Below are positions 9,631 through 17,889 of a stretch of 34,575 nucleotides of DNA, one piece after another (within the stretch, counting starts at the first letter, position 1; every line of letters starts with the position of its first letter). The translations under genes and the position numbers were made by a program. Source of the stretch: Myxococcota bacterium (GTDB lineage Bacteria > Myxococcota_A > UBA9042 > PHBI01 > JAWLBL01); contig JAWLBL010000010.1 of NCBI GenBank assembly GCA_041687695.1, forward strand, positions 1 through 34,575, given 5' to 3'. The notes below the pieces were generated by a model. The model did not search any database. It was given only the letters and a program-made list of their open reading frames with translations, and was not told the origin of the DNA.

Positions 9631-10041
9631 ATGAAGAAGCTGATCGGTGGAATCTTCATGGTGATCATGGGCCTCGCCGGCATCGGCGCCGGCCTCCGCA
9701 AGGACGACCCCTCGCGCCTCACCGACTTCTTGCTCGGCCCGGCCTTCCTGCTCATCGGCCTGCTGCTCATCGCCAGTTCGCAGGGCTACTCCCTCGCCCG
9801 CCTCGTCCGCCTCGCCACCGGCGCCGAGCGCCGCGACCGCCAGACCGCCCTCCAGCGTCGCGTCATCACCGCCGCCGCGGCCCACGGCGGCCTCATCACC
9901 GTGTCCCAGCTGGTCCTGAAGACCGGCCTGTCCATCGACGAAGCCGAGGCCATCCTCACCTCCCTGTCCGCCCGCGGCCTGTGCGTCATGGATCTGGACG
10001 ACGAAGCCGTCGTCCGCTACCGCTTCCCCGAGCTGCGCTGA
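9631..10041 (+). CDS. Small membrane protein, two TM helices plus a winged-helix-like C-terminus
   Basis: GAGG RBS and MKKLIGGIFMVIMG start; two hydrophobic segments; GGLITVSQLVLKTGLSIDEAEAIL...YRFP tail. Confidence 0.8.
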   Translation: MKKLIGGIFMVIMGLAGIGAGLRKDDPSRLTDFLLGPAFLLIGLLLIASSQGYSLARLVRLATGAERRDRQTALQRRVITAAAAHGGLITVSQLVLKTGLSIDEAEAILTSLSARGLCVMDLDDEAVVRYRFPELR

Positions 10042-10054
10042 GCTCCGGCGCGCC

Positions 10055-11128
10055 TCACAGCAGCTCGTACAGCTCGGGGTACAGCGCCGCCCGACCCGCC
10101 ACGGCCAGCAGCTCGTCCATCCGCTCCAGTCGATACCCAGCCTTGGCGTTCACCTCGGGCGCCATCGCCCGCAGTGCCGCGAACGCCTCGCGCCCCGCCG
10201 GCGTGACCCGCACCGTCCCCTTGCGCACGTCCAACAGCCCCGCGTCCCCCAGCGCGGGCACCAGGAAGGTCTCGAACGCCTCCTGCCAGACCGGCTCGAC
10301 CCGATAGGTCAGCGTCTCTTTCCGCCCGCCCCACAGCGCCTCGACCGCCAGCCACCACCGCTCCAGCGCCGGCCGCGCCCGGAACCCCTCGGCCTCGGCC
10401 GTGAGCGTGGCCGTCCCCTTCGGCTCGGCCGGCGTCACCAGCCCCAACGCCCGCGCCACGGCCACCAGCACCCGAATCCGCGGCATCCGATGCTCCACCG
10501 GCCGCGCGCTCAGCGGGTCCGGCGTCCTCAGCCGCCCATTGAGCGCCCCCAGGTCGGCCCGCCCCAGCATCCCCCGGTCGCTCAGCTTGCGCGGCGCCTC
10601 GCCAAAGAACGCCAGCGTCGCGTCGAGATCCCGCACGAACGCGCTCGCCCCGAACCGCTCCGCCGCCCCCTCGGACAGCCCCGGCACGCCCCCCGCCGCC
10701 TCCCGACACAGCCGCGCCGGCCCCGCGAACGGCCCCTCGTCGACCTCCGGCTCGCTGCCATACGAGCTGCCGGCCTCGAAGGCGCCGTAATCCCACAGGA
10801 AGAAGTCCGCCGCCACCGAGAACAGCTCCCCCGCGCTCCCCAGCGTCCGCGGGAACTCGCCCTCCTCGTCGAACCGGTCCTTCGACGGCCTCCAGATCTC
10901 CATCACCCAGGGCTCCTCGGCCCCCCGGTACTTCAGCCGCGCGAGCGGGAACACCACCTTCCCCCGCGCCGTCCTCACCTCCGCGCTGACCACCGCCGCG
11001 CGCCCGGCCCACTCGACCATCACTCGCTCGGCGTCCCCCGAGGCCACATACCGTCGCGCCTCCCGCGCCACCTCGGCCTCGAACGCCTCCCGAACCCCCG
11101 CCGGCACCCTCACCGCCGCCTTCGCCAC
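10055..11128 (-). CDS. Hypothetical protein, DUF3024-like N-terminus and helical C-terminus
   Basis: GGAG RBS; FPLARLKY...WVMEIWRP resembles DUF3024 (from recall, not searched); converges on the upstream gene. Confidence 0.7.
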   Translation of the reverse strand: MAKAAVRVPAGVREAFEAEVAREARRYVASGDAERVMVEWAGRAAVVSAEVRTARGKVVFPLARLKYRGAEEPWVMEIWRPSKDRFDEEGEFPRTLGSAGELFSVAADFFLWDYGAFEAGSSYGSEPEVDEGPFAGPARLCREAAGGVPGLSEGAAERFGASAFVRDLDATLAFFGEAPRKLSDRGMLGRADLGALNGRLRTPDPLSARPVEHRMPRIRVLVAVARALGLVTPAEPKGTATLTAEAEGFRARPALERWWLAVEALWGGRKETLTYRVEPVWQEAFETFLVPALGDAGLLDVRKGTVRVTPAGREAFAALRAMAPEVNAKAGYRLERMDELLAVAGRAALYPELYELL

Positions 11129-11210
11129 GCTCCACCTCCCGTGCAGACCGCCGCTCTCCTACCGGCTCGGCGCCTCCCTTGTCACCACCCCACCCCCGCC
11201 GCCCCGAAAC

Positions 11211-11333
11211 ACGTTACCGCGGTAACGTCCTCGCCCCCTCCGCCGTCCTTCCCGCTCCGAAACGTTACCGCGGTAACGTCCTCGCCCGCTCCGCCGTCCT
11301 CCTGTCCGCTCCGAAACGTTTCCGCGGTAACGT
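11211..11333. repeat. Cluster of three parS-like palindromes
   Basis: ACGTTACCGCGGTAACGT at 11211 and 11262 and ACGTTTCCGCGGTAACGT at 11316, within 51-54-bp tandem units. Confidence 0.9.
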
Positions 11334-11374
11334 TCTCCCCCCGTCGCGCTCCTGCCTCCTCGTGTCCCCTCGGA

Positions 11375-11403
11375 TTGATTGAGTCCACCGCCGTCGATAG
11401 CTT
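11375..11403 (+). promoter_or_regulatory. Sigma70-type promoter of the TA operon
   Basis: TTGATT-N17-TAGCTT ending 8 nt before the antitoxin ATG; overlapped by a GAGTC...GACTC inverted repeat that could be the autoregulatory operator. Confidence 0.6.
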
Positions 11404-11411
11404 GACTCCCC

Positions 11412-11654
11412 ATGAGGGAAGTGACGACTCACGAAGCGAAGACTCATCTGTCGCGGCTTCTGGCCGAGGTCGAGGCCGGTGAGGAGATCGTCATCCTGCG
11501 CGGCCAGACGCCCATCGCGCGCCTCGTCACGCTCGAGCCGAAAGACGAGCGAGCGCGACCCCGGGTCGGCACGGTGACCTCGGCGCCCGTCCGCTGGACC
11601 GAGGACGCCTTCGCGCCGCTGACGGATGACGAGCTGCGGGAGTGGGGGCTCTGA
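11412..11654 (+). CDS. Phd/YefM-family antitoxin
   Basis: MREVTTHEAKTHLSRLLAEVEAGEEIVILRGQTPIARL is a typical Phd N-terminus; directly upstream of a PIN toxin. Confidence 0.93.
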   Translation: MREVTTHEAKTHLSRLLAEVEAGEEIVILRGQTPIARLVTLEPKDERARPRVGTVTSAPVRWTEDAFAPLTDDELREWGL

Positions 11655-11657
11655 AGC

Positions 11658-12029
11658 GTGGCCCTCCTGCTCGACACCTGCACGTTCCTCTGGCTCGTCG
11701 GCGAGCCCGACCAGCTCGGCCCCGAGGCCGCGCGACGCCTCGATGACGAGCCCCGGTTGGTCCTCAGCGACGTCTCCATCTGGGAGGTCACGCAGAAGTG
11801 GGCCGCCGACAAGCTCTCCCTCAGCGCGCCGCCGCGCGCCTGGTGCGAGGAGCAGGCTGCCCGGTGGCGCCTCGACCGGCTCGCCATCTCGCGAGAGCAC
11901 CTGTATCGCGCCTCCGAGCTGCCGGATCCCTTCGACCGCCTGCTCGTCGCCCAGGCCCTCGCCTCGGGCCTCGGCATCGTCACGCCCGACCCGCACATCG
12001 CGCGCTGTCCGGTGCCCGTCGTCTGGTAG
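11658..12029 (+). CDS. vapC: VapC-family PIN toxin
   Basis: LLDTCTFLW, SIWE, DPFDRLLVAQA and VTPD acidic PIN motifs. Confidence 0.92.
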   Translation: MALLLDTCTFLWLVGEPDQLGPEAARRLDDEPRLVLSDVSIWEVTQKWAADKLSLSAPPRAWCEEQAARWRLDRLAISREHLYRASELPDPFDRLLVAQALASGLGIVTPDPHIARCPVPVVW

Positions 12030-12085
12030 CCCCTGGCCCGCGCCGACCCTACCACCGTCGCATCGGCGCCAAGCAGAACCGCCTC

Positions 12086-12136
12086 GGAGTGCCCGAGCTC
12101 GCGCGGGCTCGCTGGATCGCGCCGCTCGCGGCGCCC
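12086..12136. repeat. Dispersed 51-bp double-hairpin repeat, copy 2
   Basis: 48 of 51 bases identical to 172-222; lies just downstream of vapC. Confidence 0.85.
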
Positions 12137-12201
12137 TCCCTGCAAACCTGCGCTAAACCCTCGCCCCCAAGCTCCCTCACCGTCCTCGAGCCCCCTCCAA
12201 C

Positions 12202-12350
12202 CCCGGTTGCAACCTCCGCCGACCGTGCCATCATCGCCCCCGACCCCGGCTGGAGACCGATGCACCGCCCCGACGCGCTCACCCTCGCCAACACCCTCGA
12301 CGAGGCCTGGCACGACCAGCCCCGCTCCTTCGAGCGCGAGGCCCTGACCC
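12202..12350 (+). repeat. Promoter-RBS-leader direct repeat, copy 1
   Basis: Near-identical to 12926-13082 and 14249-14397; carries TTGCAA-N16-CATCAT (with TG extension), GGAGA and ATG. Confidence 0.97.
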
Positions 12351-12397
12351 AGTCGTCACCGCTCCATTCCCCAGCCAAGCGCCGCGCTGACCCATGA
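12260..12397 (+). CDS. 45-aa leader ORF (MHRPDALTL...), coupled to the RDD gene
   Basis: ATG after GGAGA; its TGA overlaps the RDD gene ATG (ATGA, 12394-12397). Confidence 0.5.
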   Translation: MHRPDALTLANTLDEAWHDQPRSFEREALTQSSPLHSPAKRRADP

Positions 12398-12840
12398 ACC
12401 GACACGAGTTCGCCCTCATCCCGGCCCTCCCGCGCCGCCTCGAGGCCGCCGCGCTCGACCTCGCCATCGGCTTCGGTTTGATGTTCAGCGCGATCTTCGG
12501 CCTGCGAGGCCTGGGTCCCGTGGGCCTCATCTTCGCCCTGTTCATCCCCGTCATCTATGAGCCCACCCTGACGGCCCTCCACGGCCGAACCCTGGGCCAC
12601 CGCCTGCTCGGCCTGCGCGTCGTCAACCAAACGACTGGCGCCCACCCCGGCCCGGGCCAGTCCATCCTGCGCTTCCTCGTCAAGCTGTACCTCGGCTGGA
12701 TCACCTTCCTGACCGTCTTCGGCGACACCCGCCAGCGGGCCATCCACGACCTCGCCTCCAGCACCCTCGTCGTCGAAGACGACATCACCCCAGACGAGCT
12801 CGAGGCCCTCACCTCGGCGCCCGCACGAGCCGCTCGATAG
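12394..12840 (+). CDS. RDD-family membrane protein
   Basis: RRLEAAALD, GRTLGHRLLGLRVV and RQRAIHDLASSTLVV motifs. Confidence 0.88.
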   Translation: MNRHEFALIPALPRRLEAAALDLAIGFGLMFSAIFGLRGLGPVGLIFALFIPVIYEPTLTALHGRTLGHRLLGLRVVNQTTGAHPGPGQSILRFLVKLYLGWITFLTVFGDTRQRAIHDLASSTLVVEDDITPDELEALTSAPARAAR

Positions 12841-12925
12841 CTGGGCATTCGCCGTCGGCCCTGCAGCGCCCCTAGTCCACGCGCCTCCCCCGTCCGCCCG
12901 CCGTCCCGAGCACCGCCCCCCGGGA

Positions 12926-13082
12926 CCCGGTTGCATCCTCCGCCGACCGTGCCATCATCGCCCCCGACCCCGGCTGGAGACCGATGCACCGCCCCGACGC
13001 GCTCACCCTCGCCAACACCCTCGACGAGGCCTGGCACGACCAGCCCCGCTCCTTCGAGCGCGAGGCCGCCGCCTTCCTGACC
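12926..13082 (+). repeat. Promoter-RBS-leader direct repeat, copy 2
   Basis: 142 bp shared with copies 1 and 3, then 9 extra bases (GCCGCCTTC) before the shared CTGACC. Confidence 0.97.
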
Positions 13083-13169
13083 TCACGCACCCCCGATCGC
13101 CGCCTGTCTCACCAGGGCGGCGATGTCATCCTCCGCCTGCTGCGCACCGAAGGTGAGGCCACCCCGTGA
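12984..13169 (+). CDS. 61-aa small protein, the longest version of the repeated leader ORF
   Basis: GGAGA RBS; host-like GC3 codons throughout; the stop overlaps a downstream GTG (GTGA). Confidence 0.55.
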   Translation: MHRPDALTLANTLDEAWHDQPRSFEREAAAFLTSRTPDRRLSHQGGDVILRLLRTEGEATP

Positions 13170-13289
13170 AGCCGCCCAAGAAGGTCGCGTTGGTTACCGG
13201 GTTCAAATGTGCAGATTGCGCACGCCTGACCTCTTTCCCCAGAGCCCTTAGGCAGCGATCGGCGTAACCAAGCGCCAAGGAATCGACCC

Positions 13290-13949
13290 ATGGGTGCCAA
13301 GACCTGGATGCTCGTATACGCCGAAGGCAGCGCCGCCGAGATACTCAAGGCGAAGCCGCCGCTCGACCGCGGCCGGACGGTCGAGCTCGCCGGCAAGCTG
13401 TTCCCCGGGGAAACACTCCATCCGCTGGAGGACGGCGACCTCTCGTACACTTGCCCGCCCGACGACGAGCTCCACGCCGGCTGCTTTGCGGGCGTCACCG
13501 TCGTCGCCGCGAAGGAATTCGCCCCCGAACATCCGTCGACGCTGTCCCGGGACTTCATCGCCGCCGGGCTCGGAAACGATGTCTACCTGCACGCGATGCA
13601 CAGCGTCGTCGACTGGTTCGCGTATGCGCACTGGCACGACGGCAAGCTCGTCCGCGCGCTCAGCCTGTCGCCCGACAGCGGCGTACTCGAGGACGTCGGC
13701 GAGCGCAAAGCTTTCGAGACTCCATACTGGGCCGGCCAGCACCCGGCGTTCGAGCCGGAGGATGCGGACGAAGAAGATGAGCCGTACCCGTTCGACTTCC
13801 ATCCACTGGAACTGGGCGAGGCCGCTCTGGGCGCGTTGTTCGGGTTCCAGCTCGAGGGTCCCTTCGATCCGACCCTGCTCGACCCCGAGTCGATTCCCCT
13901 GATGCGCTTCAAGCGGTCGAAGGCTCGGCCGAGGTGGAGGTTCTGGTGA
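13290..13949 (+). CDS. Hypothetical protein (DUF6928-like, immunity-protein-like)
   Basis: AAGGA RBS; MGAKTWMLVY...PYWAGQHP...FHPLELGE; aromatic/basic RWRFW tail. Family assignment is from recall. Confidence 0.8.
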   Translation: MGAKTWMLVYAEGSAAEILKAKPPLDRGRTVELAGKLFPGETLHPLEDGDLSYTCPPDDELHAGCFAGVTVVAAKEFAPEHPSTLSRDFIAAGLGNDVYLHAMHSVVDWFAYAHWHDGKLVRALSLSPDSGVLEDVGERKAFETPYWAGQHPAFEPEDADEEDEPYPFDFHPLELGEAALGALFGFQLEGPFDPTLLDPESIPLMRFKRSKARPRWRFW

Positions 13950-14021
13950 TCCAATGCTTCCGCCGGACGCTCTCGCCCAATCGTCCGTTGCCCCCTCCAG
14001 CACATCGCGCATCTTGGGTGA

Positions 14022-14105
14022 GGGTCAGACTTGGCCGCTTCCCACTTTTCGGTATGGAAAGTGGAAAATGGCCAGACCTGACCCCGAACGCCCGGACCTG
14101 ACACC
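14022..14105. repeat. GGGTCAG...CTGACCC REP-like hairpin plus a duplicated right end
   Basis: GGGTCAG..TGGCC..CCACTTT pairs with AAAGTGG..GGCCA..CTGACCC (14022-14084), followed by a second GACCTGACACC. Confidence 0.75.
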
Positions 14106-14248
14106 GTGGCTGCGTGGCGCGCCCCCTGGGATCGCCAGCTTCCAGCCGGCCGCGCCTCCTCGCTCCTCCGCGTCCCGGCCCGCTGCGACCACCTGCCATC
14201 CCGTCGCCTGCTCCCATTAGCCTCTCCCCGCGATCGTCCCGCCCCCGA

Positions 14249-14397
14249 CCCGGTTGCATCCTCCGCCGACCGTGCCATCATCGCCCCCGACCCCGACTGG
14301 AGACCGATGCACCGCCCCGACGCGCTCACCCTCGCCAACACCCTCGACGAGGCCTGGCACGACCAGCCCCGCTCCTTCGAGCGCGAGGCCCTGACCC
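14249..14397 (+). repeat. Promoter-RBS-leader direct repeat, copy 3
   Basis: 147 of 149 bases identical to copy 1. Confidence 0.97.
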
Positions 14398-14432
14398 GGC
14401 CTGCTCACTTGCCGTTCGCGTCGCTGAGCTAG
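14307..14432 (+). CDS. 41-aa leader ORF upstream of the TPR-like gene
   Basis: Same first 30 aa as copy 1; the stop lies 4 nt before the ATG at 14437. Confidence 0.5.
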   Translation: MHRPDALTLANTLDEAWHDQPRSFEREALTRPAHLPFASLS

Positions 14433-14436
14433 CACC

Positions 14437-15504
14437 ATGAACGCTACCGAACTTCACGATAGGGCCATGGAGCTGGCTTCCGAGGCCGACGCCTTGCGCC
14501 GAGAGCGACGGCACGAGCCAGCCCGCGACCGTTACGCGCAGGCGCTGGAGCTCGACCGTCAGGCGGCCATGCTCGTCTCGACCGAGCCCTCGCGCGGCAT
14601 TCTGTTCCGAAGCGCCGCCTGGCTGGCGCTCGAAGCAGAGCAGGCGAGGGAGGCCGAGCGCCTTGCAGCCGCAGGGCTCGCCTCCGCGGACGTTCCAGAA
14701 AAGGTCGCCAACGAGCTGCGACACGTCATGGAGCAGGCACGGGTACAGCTCGTCGCCGCTTCGCCTCCCCCCTCCGGAGTCTCCAGCATCGGACTGCACC
14801 TCGAAGGCCCGGGCATCGGTTGGGGCGAAGCCGAAGAGGCGGACATCACCATCCGCGCCGAAGCGCTGCGCAAGCTCGTCTACCGCACGGCCGAGCGCCG
14901 CGCCGGTTACCCCTTCCGAACCAAACCCACGGTCCCGCCCGAGATCAGAAAGCAGACCAGCCCCAGGCTCCAGATCTCGCCCGGCAGCGTCTCCATCCGC
15001 CTGGTCCTGGGAGGCGCAGGCGGGGACCTGCTCGACCGAAACGCGGACCTCGTCGAGGACCTCGTCGAACGGCTCTCCGTGTTCGCGCAGGGCGACGACC
15101 GCAAGCTCTCGGAGATCATCTCCGACCCCAGCTACAACGAGAACTTCCGCGCCCTCGCGCTCAGTATCGGCCCCGACGACAGGCGAATCAGCGCAGTCGC
15201 CGTCTCAGGGGCTTCGAGTCTGCGAAAGCTCACCCCCTTCAGGCTGCCCAAGCCGCCGAAGCCCGAACGACGCCCAAACTCGACCGAGGAAGCGACCTTC
15301 GAAGGCGAACTTCGAGCCGTCGACGAGACCCGCAAGACCAGCAGCATCCGCCTCGTGGACGACGAAGGCACCGTGAGGCAACTGGTCGTCTCCGACGTCC
15401 TGATGGACGACATCGTGCGCCCCTTCTACGGCTACCGCGTCAGGGTCACCGCCCTCCGCAAAGGCCATGCCTGGCATCTGTCCGGCATGCCGGACCTCGT
15501 ATGA
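14437..15504 (+). CDS. Hypothetical protein, TPR-like helical N-terminus and possible OB-like C-terminus
   Basis: LHDRAMELA...EPSRGILFRSAAWLAL...EAERL helical repeats; beta-rich FEGELRAVD...RVRVTA tail. Confidence 0.8.
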   Translation: MNATELHDRAMELASEADALRRERRHEPARDRYAQALELDRQAAMLVSTEPSRGILFRSAAWLALEAEQAREAERLAAAGLASADVPEKVANELRHVMEQARVQLVAASPPPSGVSSIGLHLEGPGIGWGEAEEADITIRAEALRKLVYRTAERRAGYPFRTKPTVPPEIRKQTSPRLQISPGSVSIRLVLGGAGGDLLDRNADLVEDLVERLSVFAQGDDRKLSEIISDPSYNENFRALALSIGPDDRRISAVAVSGASSLRKLTPFRLPKPPKPERRPNSTEEATFEGELRAVDETRKTSSIRLVDDEGTVRQLVVSDVLMDDIVRPFYGYRVRVTALRKGHAWHLSGMPDLV

Positions 15505-15744
15505 CCACGGTCTAGCCAGCCAGGGCTTCCGGGACGAGGGTTCGCCATTTGCTCTCTCACAGCTTCGAGATTGGAGACCTTGTAGTCCTGGCCCTACCTG
15601 CTCCGCAAGGCCGCAACCTTGGCCGCGATGGCTGAGATTGCACAAACCCGACCCCCAATCGTTCATCAGGACCGATCTCGCATCAACGAAGGCAAAGGTG
15701 CGCAAACCCGACGGGATTGCGCTTCACTCGAGTGGAAGGTCGTA

Positions 15745-16800
15745 ATGCCGAAAAGAGAAGAAGTTGAGATAGCGGCAGCTCAGATCGACGAGGAGCAACG
15801 GATCGTGTCCTTTGACGTGAAGGAGTACACGGTAGAGTTGCTCGTGGCGAAGTTCGATGCCGAGGAGATCTACGCTCCGGAGTATCAGCGAAAGTTTGTG
15901 TGGCCGCCGGAACGGCAGTGCAAGTTTGTCGAGTCCGTCATCATAGGGCTTCCAATACCCTTCTTGTTCTTCGCAGACATGCCGGACGGACGCTACGAAG
16001 TTGTGGATGGCGTTCAGAGGCTATCCACTCTCAGCCAATTCGTAGGCAACAAGTTGCAGTTGAACGACCTAGCGAAGCTCGACTCACTCGGAGGATTCAA
16101 ATTCGAGGACTTGCCACTCGCTCAACGCCGACGTTTTCTCAACCGTTCGATTCGGTCCATCGTGCTTGCCAGCAGCGCCGACGAAAGCACGAAGCTGGAC
16201 ATGTTTGAGCGCATCAACACCGGCAGCCTCGCGGCGAACCCAGCAGAGATTCGCAAGGGAGCGCTGCAAGGCCCCTTCTATGACGTCGTGCTACAGGCAG
16301 CGTCCAATCGTCTTTTTCATGAGTTGTGCCCGGTATCTGAAGACCGGGCGCGCCGCGGGGAGCGTGAAGAATTAGTTGCTCGGTTCTTCGCCTATCTCAA
16401 TCGTACAGACGAGTTTCGGCACGATGTGAGCAGGTTTGTCGACAAATACATCCGCGAAGAAAATGCTGCGATTGCTGATTCTGGCGATCTGGATGCCGAA
16501 GCGAAGGCTCACGCTGACGAGTTTCGTCGCATGTTGCGATTCGTCAAGAAGCACTTTCCGTTCGGGTTCGCGAAGGCGGAGAATTCCAAGGGCACGCCAC
16601 GAGTGCGCTTCGAAGCAATTTCAGTCGGAGTGGCGAAGGCTCTGAGACGTCAACCGGATCTCGTCCCCTCTCAGCCTCCGGAGAAGTGGTTGAGAAGCTC
16701 CACTTTTGCTTCCTTGACCACCACCAACGCGAGTAATTCAGCTCCCAAGTTGAACGCTCGCATCGATTTCGTAGTGAACAAGCTCCTGGAAGCCGTGTGA
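15745..16800 (+). CDS. DUF262 (ParB/Srx-like) domain protein
   Basis: PEYQRKFVW, VVDGVQRL and FERINTG motifs; start set at MPKREE after GGAAGG; AT-richer codons than the flanks. Confidence 0.92.
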   Translation: MPKREEVEIAAAQIDEEQRIVSFDVKEYTVELLVAKFDAEEIYAPEYQRKFVWPPERQCKFVESVIIGLPIPFLFFADMPDGRYEVVDGVQRLSTLSQFVGNKLQLNDLAKLDSLGGFKFEDLPLAQRRRFLNRSIRSIVLASSADESTKLDMFERINTGSLAANPAEIRKGALQGPFYDVVLQAASNRLFHELCPVSEDRARRGEREELVARFFAYLNRTDEFRHDVSRFVDKYIREENAAIADSGDLDAEAKAHADEFRRMLRFVKKHFPFGFAKAENSKGTPRVRFEAISVGVAKALRRQPDLVPSQPPEKWLRSSTFASLTTTNASNSAPKLNARIDFVVNKLLEAV

Positions 16801-17450
16801 ATACCCTTAAGGTTCTAGACGATCGCATTCATGAGATCGATGCGTGGTTGGCCTGGCTGAAGTCCGAGGAGTCACTTGGACGTGGTCACGAGAAGCCCGA
16901 ACTCATGAAGTGCCTCAAGGGAACGTTGTTCTTGCTGCTCTACAACATAGTCGAGTCCACCATGAACAACATCGTCCTCGATCTAAACGATGCCATTGCG
17001 ACAGAGAAAATCACCTTCAGTGATCTAAGTGTAGACATGCAGAGGGAGTGTGTTCGCGGCCGAATACATCAATGGCGGGGAGACGTTGTAGCCCACAGTG
17101 AAAAGATACGCAAACTTGTGGTTGACTCGTTCCAGGGAACTCCCGCGCAGATAAGGATTGGCAGCGGCGGTAACTTCGATGCTCCGCGAATTCGCGAGGT
17201 TCTGTCCGCCTTTGGGATGTCGAAGCAGTTGGATGGTGAGTTTGAGGCTGCCAGCCGTGGCGGACATTGCCTAGCCATGGTGAAGACCCGTAGAAATCAG
17301 CTCGCTCACGGCACATTTGGGTTTGGTGAGGTCGGGAAGGATTACACAATGAGTGAACTGCAGCAACATCGCGATGAAGTGGTGGCCTTCATGCGCGGAG
17401 TCGTGAGGGTCGCATCGGATTTCATCGCAACCCGGAAGTATCGTCGCTGA
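16797..17450 (+). CDS. HEPN nuclease, MAE_28990/MAE_18760-like
   Basis: LLLYNIVES, SGGNFD and RRNQLAHG (RxxxxH); GTGA coupling to the DUF262 gene. Confidence 0.88.
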   Translation: MNTLKVLDDRIHEIDAWLAWLKSEESLGRGHEKPELMKCLKGTLFLLLYNIVESTMNNIVLDLNDAIATEKITFSDLSVDMQRECVRGRIHQWRGDVVAHSEKIRKLVVDSFQGTPAQIRIGSGGNFDAPRIREVLSAFGMSKQLDGEFEAASRGGHCLAMVKTRRNQLAHGTFGFGEVGKDYTMSELQQHRDEVVAFMRGVVRVASDFIATRKYRR

Positions 17451-17889
17451 GACTTGCGATGCGCTCGCCGACCGCACGCGAACTTAGGGTCTCGCATTCC
17501 CAAATGACAACGACGCGCCATCCCGCACTTTTCAAAGCCCGCTGGGTGCGCTCATCACGTGCGACGTTGGCCTCGAACTTGGCTACCCAGAAATCCCGGT
17601 TGCGCTTCGGGGTAGTGGCTCGGCGGCAGCCGTCGTGTCGGTGCCAGAAACAGCCGTGCACGAAAACGGCCCAGCGACGGCGGCGATTGGCCAGGTCGGG
17701 TGAGCCGGGCAGGTCGCGGTTGTTGAGACGGTAGTGCAGGCCAAGCTCGCGGGCGGCTTTGCGCACGCGAAGCTCGGCGTCCGTGCCCTTCTGGCGGACG
17801 CGGCCGAGGCGCTCGGAGGTCTCTGGATCGGTTTCGAGTTCGGCGAGGTCGCGGCGTCGGCGCTTGCTGAACTCGGGCTCAGTCGGCAT
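17422..17889 (-). CDS. vsr: Very short patch repair endonuclease
   Basis: LPGSPD, FVHGCFWHRH, FWVAKFEANVARD and GWRVVVIWEC; TGATG coupling to the methylase. Confidence 0.95.
   Translation of the reverse strand: MPTEPEFSKRRRRDLAELETDPETSERLGRVRQKGTDAELRVRKAARELGLHYRLNNRDLPGSPDLANRRRRWAVFVHGCFWHRHDGCRRATTPKRNRDFWVAKFEANVARDERTQRALKSAGWRVVVIWECETLSSRAVGERIASLSDDTSGLR

Noticed and set aside
12202..14397. Integron attC array or DGR template/variable repeats
   Set aside because: No RYYYAAC...GTTRRRY boxes, no IntI and no reverse transcriptase; only two substitutions among the copies.
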